DNA of 64,000 bases from Octopus sinensis (GCF_006345805.1 NC_043018.1:10664001-10728000); one strand, 5' to 3'. Positions 1 through 13,455 are shown, counted from the stretch's first letter. Notes: a model not told the origin generated them from the sequence alone. Program-made: numbers and translations.

Positions 1-405
1 ACTTAATCTGTTTGTCTGTCCTTGTTTGTCCCCTCTATGTTTAGCCCCTTGTGGGCAATAAAGACATAAGACATGTCCGTCACTTCGCCGGTGCACTGGA
101 CGACACTGTCCCCCCCCTCATTACTCAATGGTACACCCTCAGATTTAGAAAACACAGCGGACAAAAATCTTCCAGCAATACAAATTAGTGTCCACCCCAG
201 AATATTCTAAAGTGCCCCCAGTCACCAAAGTCTGGCGATAGGCCTGTTGGCATAATCTATATCACGCCGGAAAAAATGCTCCGTGGCATTTCTTCCGGCA
301 TTACGTTCAAATTACTTTCATGGTCGATAAAGTAAATACCAGTCAGGCACTGGGGGTCGATGCAATCGACCATCTCTCTTCCCCTAGTCTAGTGATCTTG
401 TAATC

Positions 406-629
406 CAGTGGTTCTCAGCCGGGGACCATATGACAGTTGGGGTCCACATAAGGTTGTGTTAAAGTTTACGGTGCAATGTAAATTGGTTATGCTTCGACAA
501 TACGCAAAATGTTTGGAGTCTTTAAAATACATTTCGTAATAATATCTAATTATAAAATACAATAAACATTGAAAGGCTAGGGGAGGTCCGCCCTAACGAA
601 ATAGGAATCAAAATGTTTGAGAACCACCG
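406..629. mobile_element. hAT/Charlie-like MITE
   Basis: TIRs cagtggttctca / tgagaaccaccg; no TSD retained. Confidence 0.6.
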
Positions 630-691
630 TAGAAAAAATAATATATTTAAACAGCCAACTTCCAGGTCATAAGTCCAAATTTTCTGGAAGC

Positions 692-746
<55 letters not shown>

Positions 747-1629
747 CTGAAACAGGACGGCTTTTTTTGTATATTACTACATTTTGATTTATTTCACTGA
801 TCTCGATTATTCGTTATATCAGCCAAAACGTTGTGTTAGCAACAAACAAGATGAGGACAAATATCCGTCAATTGTAATTAATGTAAATAATGTACATAAT
901 TCCTCATCTCTTAAATATAGAACTGTATTAGACAGTAACTAGGTGTGCTTTGTCATTGGATACTGTTGACCTAGATTTCTTATAATGCCGGAAGAAATGC
1001 TACGGAGCATTTTGTCCGGCGTGATATAGATTATACCAACAGGCCTATCGCCAGACTATCCACAGAAGAACGTCCGTAACCATCTTCATCTCTTCAAGGC
1101 TTTTTTCTTCACCACAAGAATTTTCGGAAACAACATAGAATCGTACTTTGTTGACTGTGCCTTGGTCAACGGAGTGGTTGATACCATGAACAGTTTTCTC
1201 TCAATTTCGATTGCTCCTGACATCTTTGACAGCCTGAAATAAAGAACATTACACAGTCAAAACAAAACCATTCGTATTAATCAATAGATCGAAGCCGGCG
1301 CTACAAAATGTTATGTTACATGAGACGTTAAATAAAAGTTTATTCCAAAATATCAATGTTTAAAAAAAACAAACACCACAGTTCTGCTGGCTCCAATTTA
1401 ATAACCTAGTGAGTCTCTTGGATTCGTCATAACTAAATGGAGACAACGGAGTCGATATAAGAAACTTTTCCTTGAATATTTTATAAGAAATCTAGGTCAA
1501 CAGTATCCAATGACAAAGCACACCTAGTTACTGTCTAATACAGTTCTATATTTAAGAGATGCGGAATTACGTACATTATTTACATTATTTACAATTGAGC
1601 GATATTTGTCCTCATCTTGTTTGTTGCTA

Positions 1630-1673
1630 GCACAACGTTTCGGCTGATATACCCTCCAGCCTTCATCAGGTGT
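1630..1673 (-). ncRNA. Minimal type-I hammerhead ribozyme motif
   Basis: acac-CTGATGA-a-ggctg[gagggtatat]cagcc-GAAAC-GTT-gtgc; palindromic ACGT stem III (dimer-type); GUU cleavage triplet. Confidence 0.7.
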
Positions 1674-1928
1674 CTTGGGGTAATTTCGAACCTGGGTTCT
1701 CATTCCTAAGGTTTTTTTTTGTTTTCTTTTTCGATGTCAGAAGCCCGCGTTCTTAACCACTTACACATATAGCGTAGTGGTTAAGAGTGCGGGCTACTAA
1801 CACTAAGATTCCGAGTTTGATTCCAGGCAGTGACCTGAATAATACTAATAATAATACTAATAATAATAATAATATAATAATAATAATAATAATAATAATA
1901 ACATCGAGAAAAAAATCCTTAGGAATAA

Positions 1929-1972
1929 GAACCTGATGAAAGCTGGAAGGTATATCAGCCGAAACGTTGTGT
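1929..1972 (+). ncRNA. Minimal type-I hammerhead ribozyme motif (weakened stems)
   Basis: gaac-CTGATGA-aagctg...cagcc-GAAAC-GTT-gtgt; mismatches in stems I and II. Confidence 0.5.
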
Positions 1973-2056
1973 TAACAACAAACAAGGTGGGGACAAATAT
2001 CCGTCAAATGTAAATAATGTAGTTACTGTCTGTACAAAAGAGACATGTTTCGTATG

Positions 2057-2639
2057 TTAAGGCAATAGTCCAGTGCTTGAGGCTGTGTTATGTATGTAAG
2101 ACACCCACATAAATTGCTTATCCAAAAATGGACCACTAAGAGCCGCAGTTAAGTTCTGATCTTTGTGGATCTTAAAATGCCTTTTGAGGTCTCCGTTAGA
2201 TTTGCAGACCTTATGGCATATGCGGCATTTAAAAGTGTGCACAGACATATAGGCAGAATTGTTGGTGGAGGGTTGTTTTTCGTGGGTCTGCAAATGAGAT
2301 TTGAGGCCAGCAAAAGAATGGTCTGTCACAAACTGTGCACACAAAGAGGTCACTGAGATTCACCTTCTCGATCGCAACATTCTTTAAATCTCCTTTGAGT
2401 TTTGCATGTGGTCGACCTGGCTGGCCTCCTCAAAAGCTTTCACTCCACTCTACACTTTTGTTCGCCATCCAACTCGATCCGAAGCAAAGGTTTCTATGGC
2501 CTTTGGATCCATTCCGAGTAACTTCATAGTAGTCCTTATACCGTCCTTAAACCTCTTTTTAAGTTTACACCGACTGCGTTTCTCCTCTGCAAGCTCGCCA
2601 TAAAACAGCTGTTTGAGTGTGCGTTCATCCGCCATTCGA

Positions 2640-2640
<1 letters not shown>
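2057..2640 (-). mobile_element. RTE/BovB-like LINE 3' fragment (end of ORF2 with C2H2-like zinc fingers)
   Basis: RMADERTLKQLFYGELAEEKRSRCKLKKRFKD...DRVGWR is the typical RTE post-RT motif. It is followed by GLKSHLQTH and CRICHKVCKSNGDLKRHFKIH. The 5' end is truncated at a (CA)n tract. Confidence 0.85.
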
Positions 2641-2725
<85 letters not shown>

Positions 2726-3044
2726 GATGGCTTAGCTGACTGCAACTTCGAAGTCACTGTCAACAACATTCTTGTATAAGAATTTGTACTCTACAAAAGT
2801 ATAGAGCAACCCATCAGATTAATGTAAAATTGTTTTCATTATAAATGAACATAAAAACAAACGTTAATATATATATATAGGCGCAGGAGTGGCTGTGTGG
2901 TAAGTAGCTTGCCTACCAACCATATGGTCCCGGGTTCAGTCCCACTGCGTGGCATCTTGGGCAAGTGCCTTCTGCTATAGCCTCAGGCCAACCAATGCCT
3001 TGTGAGTGGATTTGGTAGACGGAAACTGAAAGAAGCCTGTCTTA

Positions 3045-3080
<36 letters not shown>

Positions 3081-3087
<7 letters not shown>

Positions 3088-3299
3088 TTCGAGACAAAAC
3101 CACTATTTTGCAAAACAAACAAGGAAAGACTTAATCAATACATAAAAATTTTTAATATAAAGAAATAAACCGCCACTACAATCGTTTCATGTCTTCAATG
3201 ACATTCGTCAGGTGGATTTTCGATCTCCTAATCTGTTTTAATTTAATTTAATTTAATTTGTTTGTTTTGCAAAATAGTGGTTTTGTCTCGAATTAATAT
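3081..3299 (-). mobile_element. Short Penelope-like fragment with 42-bp terminal inverted repeat, inside a SINE (TA)n tract
   Basis: 3081-3122 is the perfect reverse complement of 3258-3299; contains the 3173 hammerhead. Confidence 0.7.
3173..3215 (-). ncRNA. Type-I hammerhead ribozyme motif, perfect stems
   Basis: ccac-CTGACGA-atgtc[attgaa]gacat-GAAAC-gatt-GTA-gtgg. Confidence 0.85.
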
Positions 3300-3383
3300 T
3301 ATATAATATTTTACTATAAAATTGGATTTAATCCTAAATCTGATTTTTTCCCTGTAAATTTGGATTTATTCCCTAATATTTAT

Positions 3384-3462
<79 letters not shown>

Positions 3463-3689
3463 GTGTGTATATGTTTGTCCCTCTAGCATTGCTTGACAAC
3501 CGATGCTGGTGTGTTTACGTCCCCTTCACTTAGCGTTTCACCAAAAAAGACCGATAGAATAAGTACTGGGTTTACAAAGAATAAGTCCCGGGGTCGATTT
3601 GCTCGACTAAAGGCGGTGCTCCAGCATGGCCGCAGTCAAATGACTGAAACAAGTAAAAGAGAAAAGAGAGAAAGAGATATATATAATGT

Positions 3690-3860
3690 GCGTGTGTGTA
3701 CTTATGCAGTCGTGCAATGTGACTGGACCAATGACACTCTTCCATGCCAAATATCCCAATCTTTGGTAGCAATCTTCATATCCTCAACCTGACGATGTCC
3801 AGTGTCTTCCACAAGTTGATCGATATATGCTCTCCTTGGTCTGCCGATACCTGGATATGT
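3690..3860 (-). mobile_element. RTE-X-like LINE 3' fragment
   Basis: Minus frame GRPRRAYIDQLVEDTGHRQVEDMKIATKDWDIWHGRV resembles the RTE-group C-terminal GRP..YIDQL..D motif. Confidence 0.55.
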
Positions 3861-4055
3861 ACATGAGTCGGTTAACAGAAAAGGAGGTCACTGGATATTT
3901 TATCTTTGCTTCTACACCAATGTCCTGCCTAACGGTGTCTCATTACCGACGCGAGGTTAGGAAGTCTGCCTCACAGTCACCGCTTTGTAGGGTGTTGCTG
4001 CTGAGAAAGATTGAGAACTGCATGAAGCATTCTGTTGTGTGTGTGTGTGTGTGTG

Positions 4056-4104
<49 letters not shown>

Positions 4105-4299
4105 AGATACGAGGAGTTTTCGTCAGCGTTCAAATTAGTATGTCACTAGAATTCCGGTTTGAACTGCAGTTGAACATGGTAACATAAATACATTCTTATA
4201 TATATATATATATATCCTGCCAAACGTGTCTGATTACCAATGTGATAGTAGGAAGACTACCGCACAGTCACTGCTTGGTAGGGTGTTGTTATGTGTGTA

Positions 4300-4342
<43 letters not shown>

Positions 4343-5173
4343 GATCTTGCAGGCATGAAGTGGATTCGATCTACCATAGCCAAATTTAAATCGACAGAAC
4401 TTTTCTCACAGTGGAACAATGGGTTTTTTTTTCTCTGACAGTAGTTTTACATTTTCCAAATGCCTTAGCTAGGCCGAAATAATGTCTTCACCACTTAACC
4501 CTTCTAACCTCTTATAGACCACCAAAAGCTAGAATTAAGATAACAAGTACCATCAACTAAATCCATTGTTCTCATCGATATGTCTATACTTCTGGATAGT
4601 TATAAAAGCAAGAACCCCCAGCAAAAATCAGTTAGTCACTTGGTGGCAACTGAGTTAGTCACTTAATGATAACTTAGTGTTTGAACGGAGTCTGGCTGAC
4701 CAGCCAAACAAAACGCCGTCGCAAAAAGAAAACGGCACTAAGAGAACAAGTATGGTAACTTACCAACGGAGCAACTGTTTCGTCCCACACTCTCTCACTA
4801 ACCCAATTCTCTTCTCTGCACATTACCATATCTCTTTCTATGGTTTACCACTACAATAAGAACACAGGCCGAAATTAACTTTTTTACTTCGCATGCTCTA
4901 GGATTTTATCACCTGCCCGTCGGGGTAAGGTATTGTATAATGTTAACGGTAAAAATAAATATTTTCTTCACAACTTCAATCACCGTTCTTTCATCTTTAC
5001 ATAATGGCAATCAACGAAGAACCAATCCTTACAAACAGACTACATCCATCTTATTGTTTACCATATTATTGTTTACAAAAAATAAACTTCCATTTCCATA
5101 CTATTTATCCAAATTAATTTCAACCGATGCAAAATAATCTTCATCGTTACAACTGGTGACCAGCCGTTACATA

Positions 5174-5242
<69 letters not shown>

Positions 5243-5753
5243 AATTAATAAATAAATAAAAATATGCATATATACATACATATATGTACGTACCTACCTC
5301 TACATGTATATATACATGCATATATGGGTACAGGACACCAAAAAAAAAACGTCGAACACAATGAGAAACGAAAACATAAACACAAAACCAAGGAAATGGA
5401 CATTTTTCTTAAACAACGAAAAAACAGAGTACAGGACATACAATACAAGGAAATTTCCCCTTCTTCAGTCGCCTTTGTTTCATCTACTCCACGTTTCGAA
5501 GGTCAAGGCGAGACACGACTTTAATGAAACATTCCTTCCCGCGAAAAGCAAATTAAATAAAATTTGAGATTTTTTTGCAGAGAGGTAAAAATGGTAACAA
5601 AAACAGGACAGTAACGACAGTATAAAATATAAATAGTAAAAGACAGGACAAGGAGAATAACAGTAACACAGGCAGGAAGAGCTGTTAAGCCGAACGAGAT
5701 AAAGTATTACGAACGCTATTTTTGAGAACGGCAAAGGAGCCACAGAAATGCCG

Positions 5754-5811
<58 letters not shown>

Positions 5812-7276
5812 TATACGTATATATATATGATTAAACCCCAGACCAGACATGACTGTACAGTGTGACTACAAAGTATGGTTATATAGTGTAACTATAGTTT
5901 TTACGTTGTATTATAAATATATGTAATCGATATATAATTGACCTAATGAAGGTAGCTAGCACGTTATAGATATGCATTTCTAATTGTAAACATCGATATA
6001 TGTGTATGAGTTTTACTATATATATTCATATAGGTTTGTGTATGTGTGTTTACGTCACAGTTCAAATATAAGTGTAGTATATCTGTCTAAATCTGTATGT
6101 GTGTCTGTCTTTATATATAGTTATGAGTATTTGTGTCTTGTGTCCGTTTGCACATGTATGTATCTATACCTGTGTCCATATGTGTGCATATATGTGTATA
6201 TTTGAGTCTTCGTTTATGTCAACGTGTATGTTTAACTCTTTGTTCATATGCGTCTGTACATACGTGTGTATGGAGGGCTATTTACGTGTAAGTGTATTTG
6301 TATCTATGTTCGTATGTATTTAAGTGACAGTTTGTGTGGGAAACATTGGCCAATATATCAGATGTAAGATCAGTCGCTTAATAAAGAATATTATGTGTGT
6401 GTTCGAGAGAGATGGTATTTTCTGATGTAACATGATCTCGCGTATGTATTTAGTCTCCGATATTTCTGCCAACTTGATCATGTTCACCATAAATATATGA
6501 TTGGGATTTGATATATGACATTAAACGACAGCAGTCTGACACAGCTAGTGCTGAAATTAACTAGGCCATGCTGGAATAGAAAAAAAGCTGAACAGTTTCT
6601 ATGGATCATGTGTGGAATGCAGCAGATGATCTCGTAACTGTGAGACAGAAAGCAGACGACATATGGCTTGCTCATTGGAACACTTAAGGACATAATTGAT
6701 TTTTTAAACTTCGGTGCAGGGTTATATATTTGAAGGGGATGGGGACATAATCGATTGAATAGATCGTGGGTTTCAGTCATTATTTTTATCAAACTCGGAG
6801 TATAAAAGATTAAAACGTAAACTCAGTGACGTTTGAAATTACAATGTATATTCGATCGCTTAAATGTTAAGGACCATCATTATCGAAATTAAAACGTACT
6901 TCATTTTCATCATTCTTTTCTTTTTTTTTCTTCTTTGAAACATCTTGAAATAAGTACGTTATATAAACCAACAACTGTCCCTCTATGTGGACGCATGACG
7001 TACTAAAAATAACAGCCAAATCTCTCTCAAATTACACCACACCATCGTTTAAAAAAATAAAATGGATAAGTTCGAAAAACTGTTGCATAGTCTCGGATGG
7101 AACTATACGTTTGGTCATAGATCTGTTCGAGTAAGCTGCCCTGGGGCTGAATAATAATAATAATAATAGCTATTATATGTTACAAACGTACGTGAATCAC
7201 ATATTCGCTGTGTTTCACATGGTTCTTTTCTTCGACACAGTTTATGTAACCACTACATCGAAGATCTACTTATTTA

Positions 7277-8141
7277 TTGGGTCATCCCATAAATAATGCG
7301 GCTTTTTTTATTCTTCGTTTATTTTTCAAAATTGAGATAAGCAGATAGATGGCAGAGTATCTATCTGCCATCTATCTGGACTTGCAAGGTCCCTCTTCCA
7401 GAATTCACTTGCCCGTGACGGAAAATACTCTTCCAGTACTGTTCTAACCTCGTCTACAGAATTCATATTTTTCCGTCCACATGATTTTGAATACTTGCGG
7501 ACTAAATGGTAATGTCCGGTGTATATGGTAGGTGAGGCACAGTTTCCCAGTCAAACTGCTCTTGCCTTTGGAATGTCATCCACGCTATATGTGGCCAAAC
7601 ATAATTCTGAGGGAAGAACACCTCTCGTCTTGAAACCAAAAATGGTCGTTTTCCGCTGGCATGCAGGCGTTGATGAATAATTGGAAGACCAAATCCAAGC
7701 TTCTCTGTTAGTTCCTCAACAGTTACGATGGGATTTTGTTCCACCAGGGTTTGTAGGACGTCCTCGTCGAGCTCTACAGTTCTTCCAGGACGTGGCTCGT
7801 CTTCTAGGCTGTAGTTTCCGGCTCGGAATTTCTGGAACCACCGTTTACACTGGCTTACGCTTACTGTCCGATCCCCATATACTGCATTAATATTCCTCGC
7901 ACTTTCCGTTGTGTTGTTGCCTTGATTGAACTCATAAAACAAAATATGCCGAATATGCTCCTTTGTTGCTTTGAAAAAATAACTGCTAAAATCGAACTGC
8001 ACTCTTCAAAAGTTGCACTAAGAATAAGTACAAGGTAAAATTACTACCCGCTTTCATAGTAAGTTGGTGCATGTAGTTTATCCGACCCCGACCCCACTTT
8101 TGGTTCATGAAAAAAACCGCATTATTTATGGGATGACCCAA
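7277..8141 (-). mobile_element. Internally deleted mariner element with intact TIRs and TA TSD
   Basis: TIRs ttgggtcatcccataaataatgcgg / ccgcattatttatgggatgacccaa, flanked by TA. ORF 7502-8002 has mariner HTH (HIRHILFYEF...WFQKFRAGNYSLEDEPRPGR) and a fused degenerate HLPYTPDI motif. Confidence 0.93.
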
Positions 8142-8164
8142 TATATGTTTGGAAATTTATCATA

Positions 8165-8202
<38 letters not shown>

Positions 8203-9827
8203 AATTACTGCTCTTCTTTCATTGAACTTGGTGGGATGATACGCAAAATCAATCCAGCAAGATTTATACTCACTTTATAAAGATACTTACCGTATTTGAA
8301 AGCATAAAAGACGCACGGGCGGGCATACATGACTCACCCCAGTTTTAAGTAGCTCATATTCAAGAAAAACAGTTTTCAGCGTATTAAAGAAAATTAGTTT
8401 ATGTAAATCCCAACTTCGCATTTACATATTTACACACGTCAATTTACATATTTACCCACTTTTTAGTGGGTAAAAGTGCATCTGATATGACATCGAATAC
8501 GAAAATTTAAGATCATAAAACTGTCGTGTATTATCCGAGTCTAGCTACTGTGCATCACAGAATTCATTTTAAAACCTCCATGTTTTAATAAGTTTATCGA
8601 CCATAGAGACATGAAAATCAAATCGATACCTGTAAGAATCGAACGTAAGATGCAGAGGGAATATTTCGATGCTTCATACATTGAAAATGCTAACACTAAC
8701 ATCAGTGTAGATTTTCGTACAGATGAAGCCGTCATGTCAAAACGTGTGCGATATTATGCATGTTCTTAGTGATTTTCTCATCGTCATATCAGAAATACGA
8801 GAGGGAATCAGAAAAGTAGAGCAATTTTTATTTGCTTTACTTTTTAAATCATTTTTGTATACACAATGATTCAGTCACGGTTCTGCGGTCATGCTGCAGC
8901 ACCACCTTGAAGGGTTTAGTCGGACAAATTGACCTCGGGAATTATTTGAAAGAGGAAAACAAAAAGTCTGGTACTTATTCTATCAGTCCCTTTTGTCGAA
9001 CCGCTAAATTACGGGAACGTAAACAAACCAATACCAGTTGTTAAGCAATGTAGGGTACACACACAGGAGCAAACACACACAAATATACACATAGATACAC
9101 ACACACGTATATATGTGTGTGTGTGTGTGTGTTTAAAAAAATACAAACTGGGACTAGAACGCAAAACATTTAGAAGACGATACAAAAAACACGGGTGGGA
9201 CATTCGAAGCCTTCAATCTTCAGTGAAGAACCAGATCATCCTCGCAATTTCGGATGATTAATCTTGAGATTGCTCCGATCTGGCCAGCCCCAAAGGAAAA
9301 TCTAAGCCAAGCACATTAGATTCCTTGGAAGAAAGCCTCGAATGTATACAAAACAAGGATGGAAAAACGGACGATGTTACACGAATAAGAATACAAAAAT
9401 ATGTGAAAACAATAATGATAATAATAATAACAACAACAGGACGTCACAGACAGGCGTCTTTTCTACAGGACGAATAAACTTTGAGCTGGCGTGTTAGAAA
9501 AATGCCTTAGGGCAGAGAGAGAAAAAAAAATAATAATAAGGGTAAAAAATTGAATATTAATTTGATTAATATCAACTTAAACCAGTTTCCTAGCATATTG
9601 AAAAAATTTGAAGATTCAGAAAAATTATATTACATACATATAAGAGGGATGACCACTAAGAAAAGATTGTTCTCAAGAAAATTCAGCAAACGCCAGAACG
9701 TAAGCGAGCAGGACAAATGGAAAGATACAAAATATAATGATTAGTCACAAACCAGATTTCGTTGTAACCATTTACATATTTACATACGTGAATGTCCGAA
9801 ATTCATCAGTGTGAGCGTCATAGCAAA

Positions 9828-10233
9828 ATATAATTTGAAGAACCATATACGAGACGTCCACACGAGACAGAACATGCATATAGATTTGTCAATTATATTT
9901 GTGGGTATATTTCAAATGTATTCGTTTTGGCGCGCCAAAAACCGGGAAATAATCCTGCAGGAAATAATTTTCTACATTGAAGCCTGCCGGTTAGAGAAAT
10001 ATGGTTATTTAAATTCAAATAATAAGGGTAAAAAATTGAATATTTATTTTATTAATATCATGTTCTCTAACCGGCAGGCTTCAATGGAGAAAATTATTTT
10101 CTGCAGAGTTATTTCCGTTTTTTGGCGCGCCAAAACGAAGACATTTGAAATATACCCACCAAATATAATTGGCAAAACTATATGCATGTTCTATCTCGTG
10201 TAGACGTCTCGTGTATGGTTCTGCAAATTATAT
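9828..10233. mobile_element. Foldback MITE with ~170-bp inverted arms
   Basis: 9828-9998 is the reverse complement of 10063-10233 with scattered mismatches; AT-rich spacer; TA-rich flanks. Confidence 0.8.
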
Positions 10234-10589
10234 AAATATATATATATGTATGTATATACATATATATATAATGTTTCGGCATGTTAAACGGACCATTATC
10301 GGTAAACTTAAACAATAATTTTTATAATTATGAGTATAATTATAGTTAGGGTTCAGCAAAAATATTTGCTTTACCACATACCGAAATTTAGAAATAGCAG
10401 CCAAAAAAAAAAAAAACTAGCTATTTCTCTACCATAAGGAAATCTCCCAGATAACATATACTCAAAAACAATTCACGTAGGCAAAGAGAGAAAAAAAACA
10501 ACGATTCACTTGGAATTTGTGATTAGCTGTGAACGCGTTTCGGAGTTAGATATGAAAAATGCAAAAATCGCATTTCCATTCCAATCATT

Positions 10590-11158
<569 letters not shown>

Positions 11159-11741
11159 GGCGCAGGAGTGGCTCTGTGGTAAGTAGCTTGCTAACCAACC
11201 ACATGGTTCCGTGTTCAATCCCACTGCGTGGCATCTTGGGAAAGTGTCTTCTGCTATAGCCCCGGGCCGACCAATGCCTTTGTGAGTGGATTTGGTAGAC
11301 GGAACCTGAAAGAAGCCTGTCGTATATATGTATATATATATATAAGAATGAATGTTTTTATATATAATGAACGTGAAATACAGGAAGGGACGAACACGGA
11401 ACACAAACAAATCATTCGAAGCCTTCAATCTTCAGTCAGACACCGAATCATCATAGCAAATTTCGGCTGTTCAATTCTGATATTTGCTCCAACTCGGCCA
11501 GCCCCAAGAAAAAAAACTAAGCTGTAAGCATTAGATTTCTTGGTAGATGACAGGAATGTGAACGCACAAGACGGATGTAAATACAAGAGACGAAAACGAA
11601 ATTGAAAACAGTAATGAATAAACAAAATATATATAACGGTGGTTGTCATACGACTTTAGACCAAATGAGACAGAAACAACAACAACATAGCAGCTGGCGT
11701 AGAAATAATTACCGTTTCGGTAGCGGGGACACATGTTGGTC

Positions 11742-13455
11742 TATTTCTTTATTACCCACTAGGGGCCACGAAGAGGGAACATTACAAAACATGGGGGACA
11801 TAAAACAATGCGATTAAAATTATGATTAAATGAATGTTAAAATGAAAAAATGATAACATGAAAGCGATGCTAACGGCCCCCTCCGCCAGCATCACTTACC
11901 TTTCCGTTTCCTATCACGATTCCAAAGTTTTTCACCTCACCTTTCATTTCTCTCTCATATCTCTCTATCATATCATCCTTCATAAATGCTGATAAACAAT
12001 TTATACGTAGTTCATTGCACTTGCTCATCAAAGAGCCCATGAGTTCAAAATCGAATACCGCATAGCTTCCGTCCTCATACTCCTGCCATACATCGTCTTC
12101 AAAAAGCCTTCTTGCGTTCTCAGTATCCCCCTTCCCCACAACACATAAAAAGTAGGACTGGGGCTTTTGTATGTTCTGTGTGTCTGTTTTCGTTTTTCTT
12201 GTAGGCGGGGAGTGGGTGGGATTGCTGTTTGCGGGGGCAGGATGGGTCTCCAAGGGTGTGGGTGGTATTGGGGTGGGTTGGGGCTTCGCACAGTTTTTCC
12301 TTTTCTTTCCTTTTCTCTTCTTTCTGCCCTCCTCACACTCTTTTTGCATCTCCTCCTCCTCTGTCATTTCCCTTTCCGTCTGCTTCTCTTTAATTTCTTC
12401 TTCTTTTGGGGCCTCCTCTTTTGGAGTTTCCTCAACGATTTCCTTTTCTCTTGGTGGGGGAGGGCAGAAGGCTCTTATGTGGCCCCTCAGGCCACACTTG
12501 TAACAACGTGGAGCTCTGCCCTCCACCCACACTCTCATAATCACGTCTCCCAATTTAATGCTCTCCGCCAGGTCCACCAGTACCTCGCTCTCCGCCTGCA
12601 CGTTCAGCTCCACTATTACGCCTCTCCAGCCCTCGGTCTTGACCGAGGCATGGAGAATATCTACTTTCTCCTCGTGGCCGCTGATCACAGCCGCCACAAT
12701 CCACTCAGCCTCCACGTTTGGTGGCACTCCCTCCACCCTTACTCGTGTGATCCTTCTATTCAAGTACATAGGTAAAGTGTTACCCTTCTGACTTCACCGC
12801 CTTCACCGCCATCCTCCTCGCTGCAGTCTCACTTTTAAAATGCACCACTACAGTACCGTACTTCGATCCTCGAGTCAGGAAAATGATTTCCTCCTCCGAT
12901 CTTCTCAGGGCCTCCTCTATCCATTCCATGTTTACGATCTCTATTTTCTTTCTTTCGTTCACGAACACCTGTAAATTATGGTCCTCTTATTGTACCATTC
13001 CTTTCTCTTTGGTGGTGGTTCCAGTTCCACCTCGCCGCTGTCCTTCCTCATATACCTCTGGAAACCTGGCAATTTTTCTAGGTTTATTTCTTTTTCCTGT
13101 TCCGTCTTCTTTTTTGCAACTCCTGCGTACGTTTTCCTGTTTTTTTTCTCCACATTATTTACATCATCGATTTGCTCGTCTTCAGAGTTCGATGTCTCCG
13201 ACAAGCTCTCAATATCCATTCTTCCTCCGACTCCTCCACTAGGGAGTGGTCATCCATCTCCTCCCGCCTGACAGGCCAAAACGGCCGTCAAAACAGAAAA
13301 AGTGTAACGCGCAGAACCAGTGGAACGCGAAACCGCTTTAACGCCGTTCAAAATTTCCACAACAACAACAACAATTCTTTTTGATCTTTTTTACCGAATT
13401 TTACGAGCGTAAAAAAACACGACCGAACTCAAACTGACGAACAGACAACTGATCC
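11742..13455 (-). mobile_element. ORF1-only non-autonomous non-LTR retrotransposon, full length, 19-bp TSD
   Basis: Flanked by direct repeat gcggggacacatgttggtc (11723-11741 and 13456-13474). Contains a ~236-nt 5' UTR, a gag-like ORF1, a ~128-nt 3' UTR ending ...gtgggtaataaagaaata, and no RT/EN ORF. Confidence 0.85.
11870..13219 (-). pseudogene. LINE ORF1 (gag-like) protein with CX2CX4HX4C zinc knuckle; two frame breaks
   Basis: Three collinear ORF-track segments: 12959-13219, 12780-12968 and 11870-12769. Contains RCYKCGLRGHIRAFC followed by a basic/acidic and Pro-rich region. The breaks fall in short G/T homopolymers. Confidence 0.8.

Larger units (their letters stand above)
1537..2019. mobile_element. 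Head-to-head pair of tRNA-head/hammerhead-tail SINE-like elements with 12-bp TSD
   Basis: TSD tagttactgtct at 1525-1536 and 2020-2031. The plus copy has A-box tagcgtagtgg and B-box-like gagtttgattcc, (AAT)n, and a CTGATGA...GAAAC tail. The minus copy carries the same tail. Confidence 0.7.
2880..3670 (+). mobile_element. tRNA-derived SINE family A (ggcgcaggagtggctgtgtggtaag head), split in its microsatellite
   Basis: A-box-like tggctgtgtgg, B-box-like ggttcagtccc, tail ggcggtgctccagcatggccgcagtcaaatgactgaaacaag(taaaaga)n. Confidence 0.9.

Noticed and set aside
1060-1235. Minus-strand candidate exon after strong acceptor ttctttatttcag
   Set aside because: All frames stop within ~50 codons and no family was recognised. 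It cannot be supported beyond the splice signal.
2880-2960. tRNA gene calls at SINE heads (here and elsewhere)
   Set aside because: They have A/B boxes but no complete cloverleaf and continue into SINE bodies.
9745-9812. CTGATGA...GAAA on the minus strand
   Set aside because: Stems II and III do not pair.
11420-11470. CTGAAGA motif on the minus strand (also ~5462, ~9218, ~13880) as a hammerhead
   Set aside because: No correctly placed GAAA with a paired stem II and NUH could be built.
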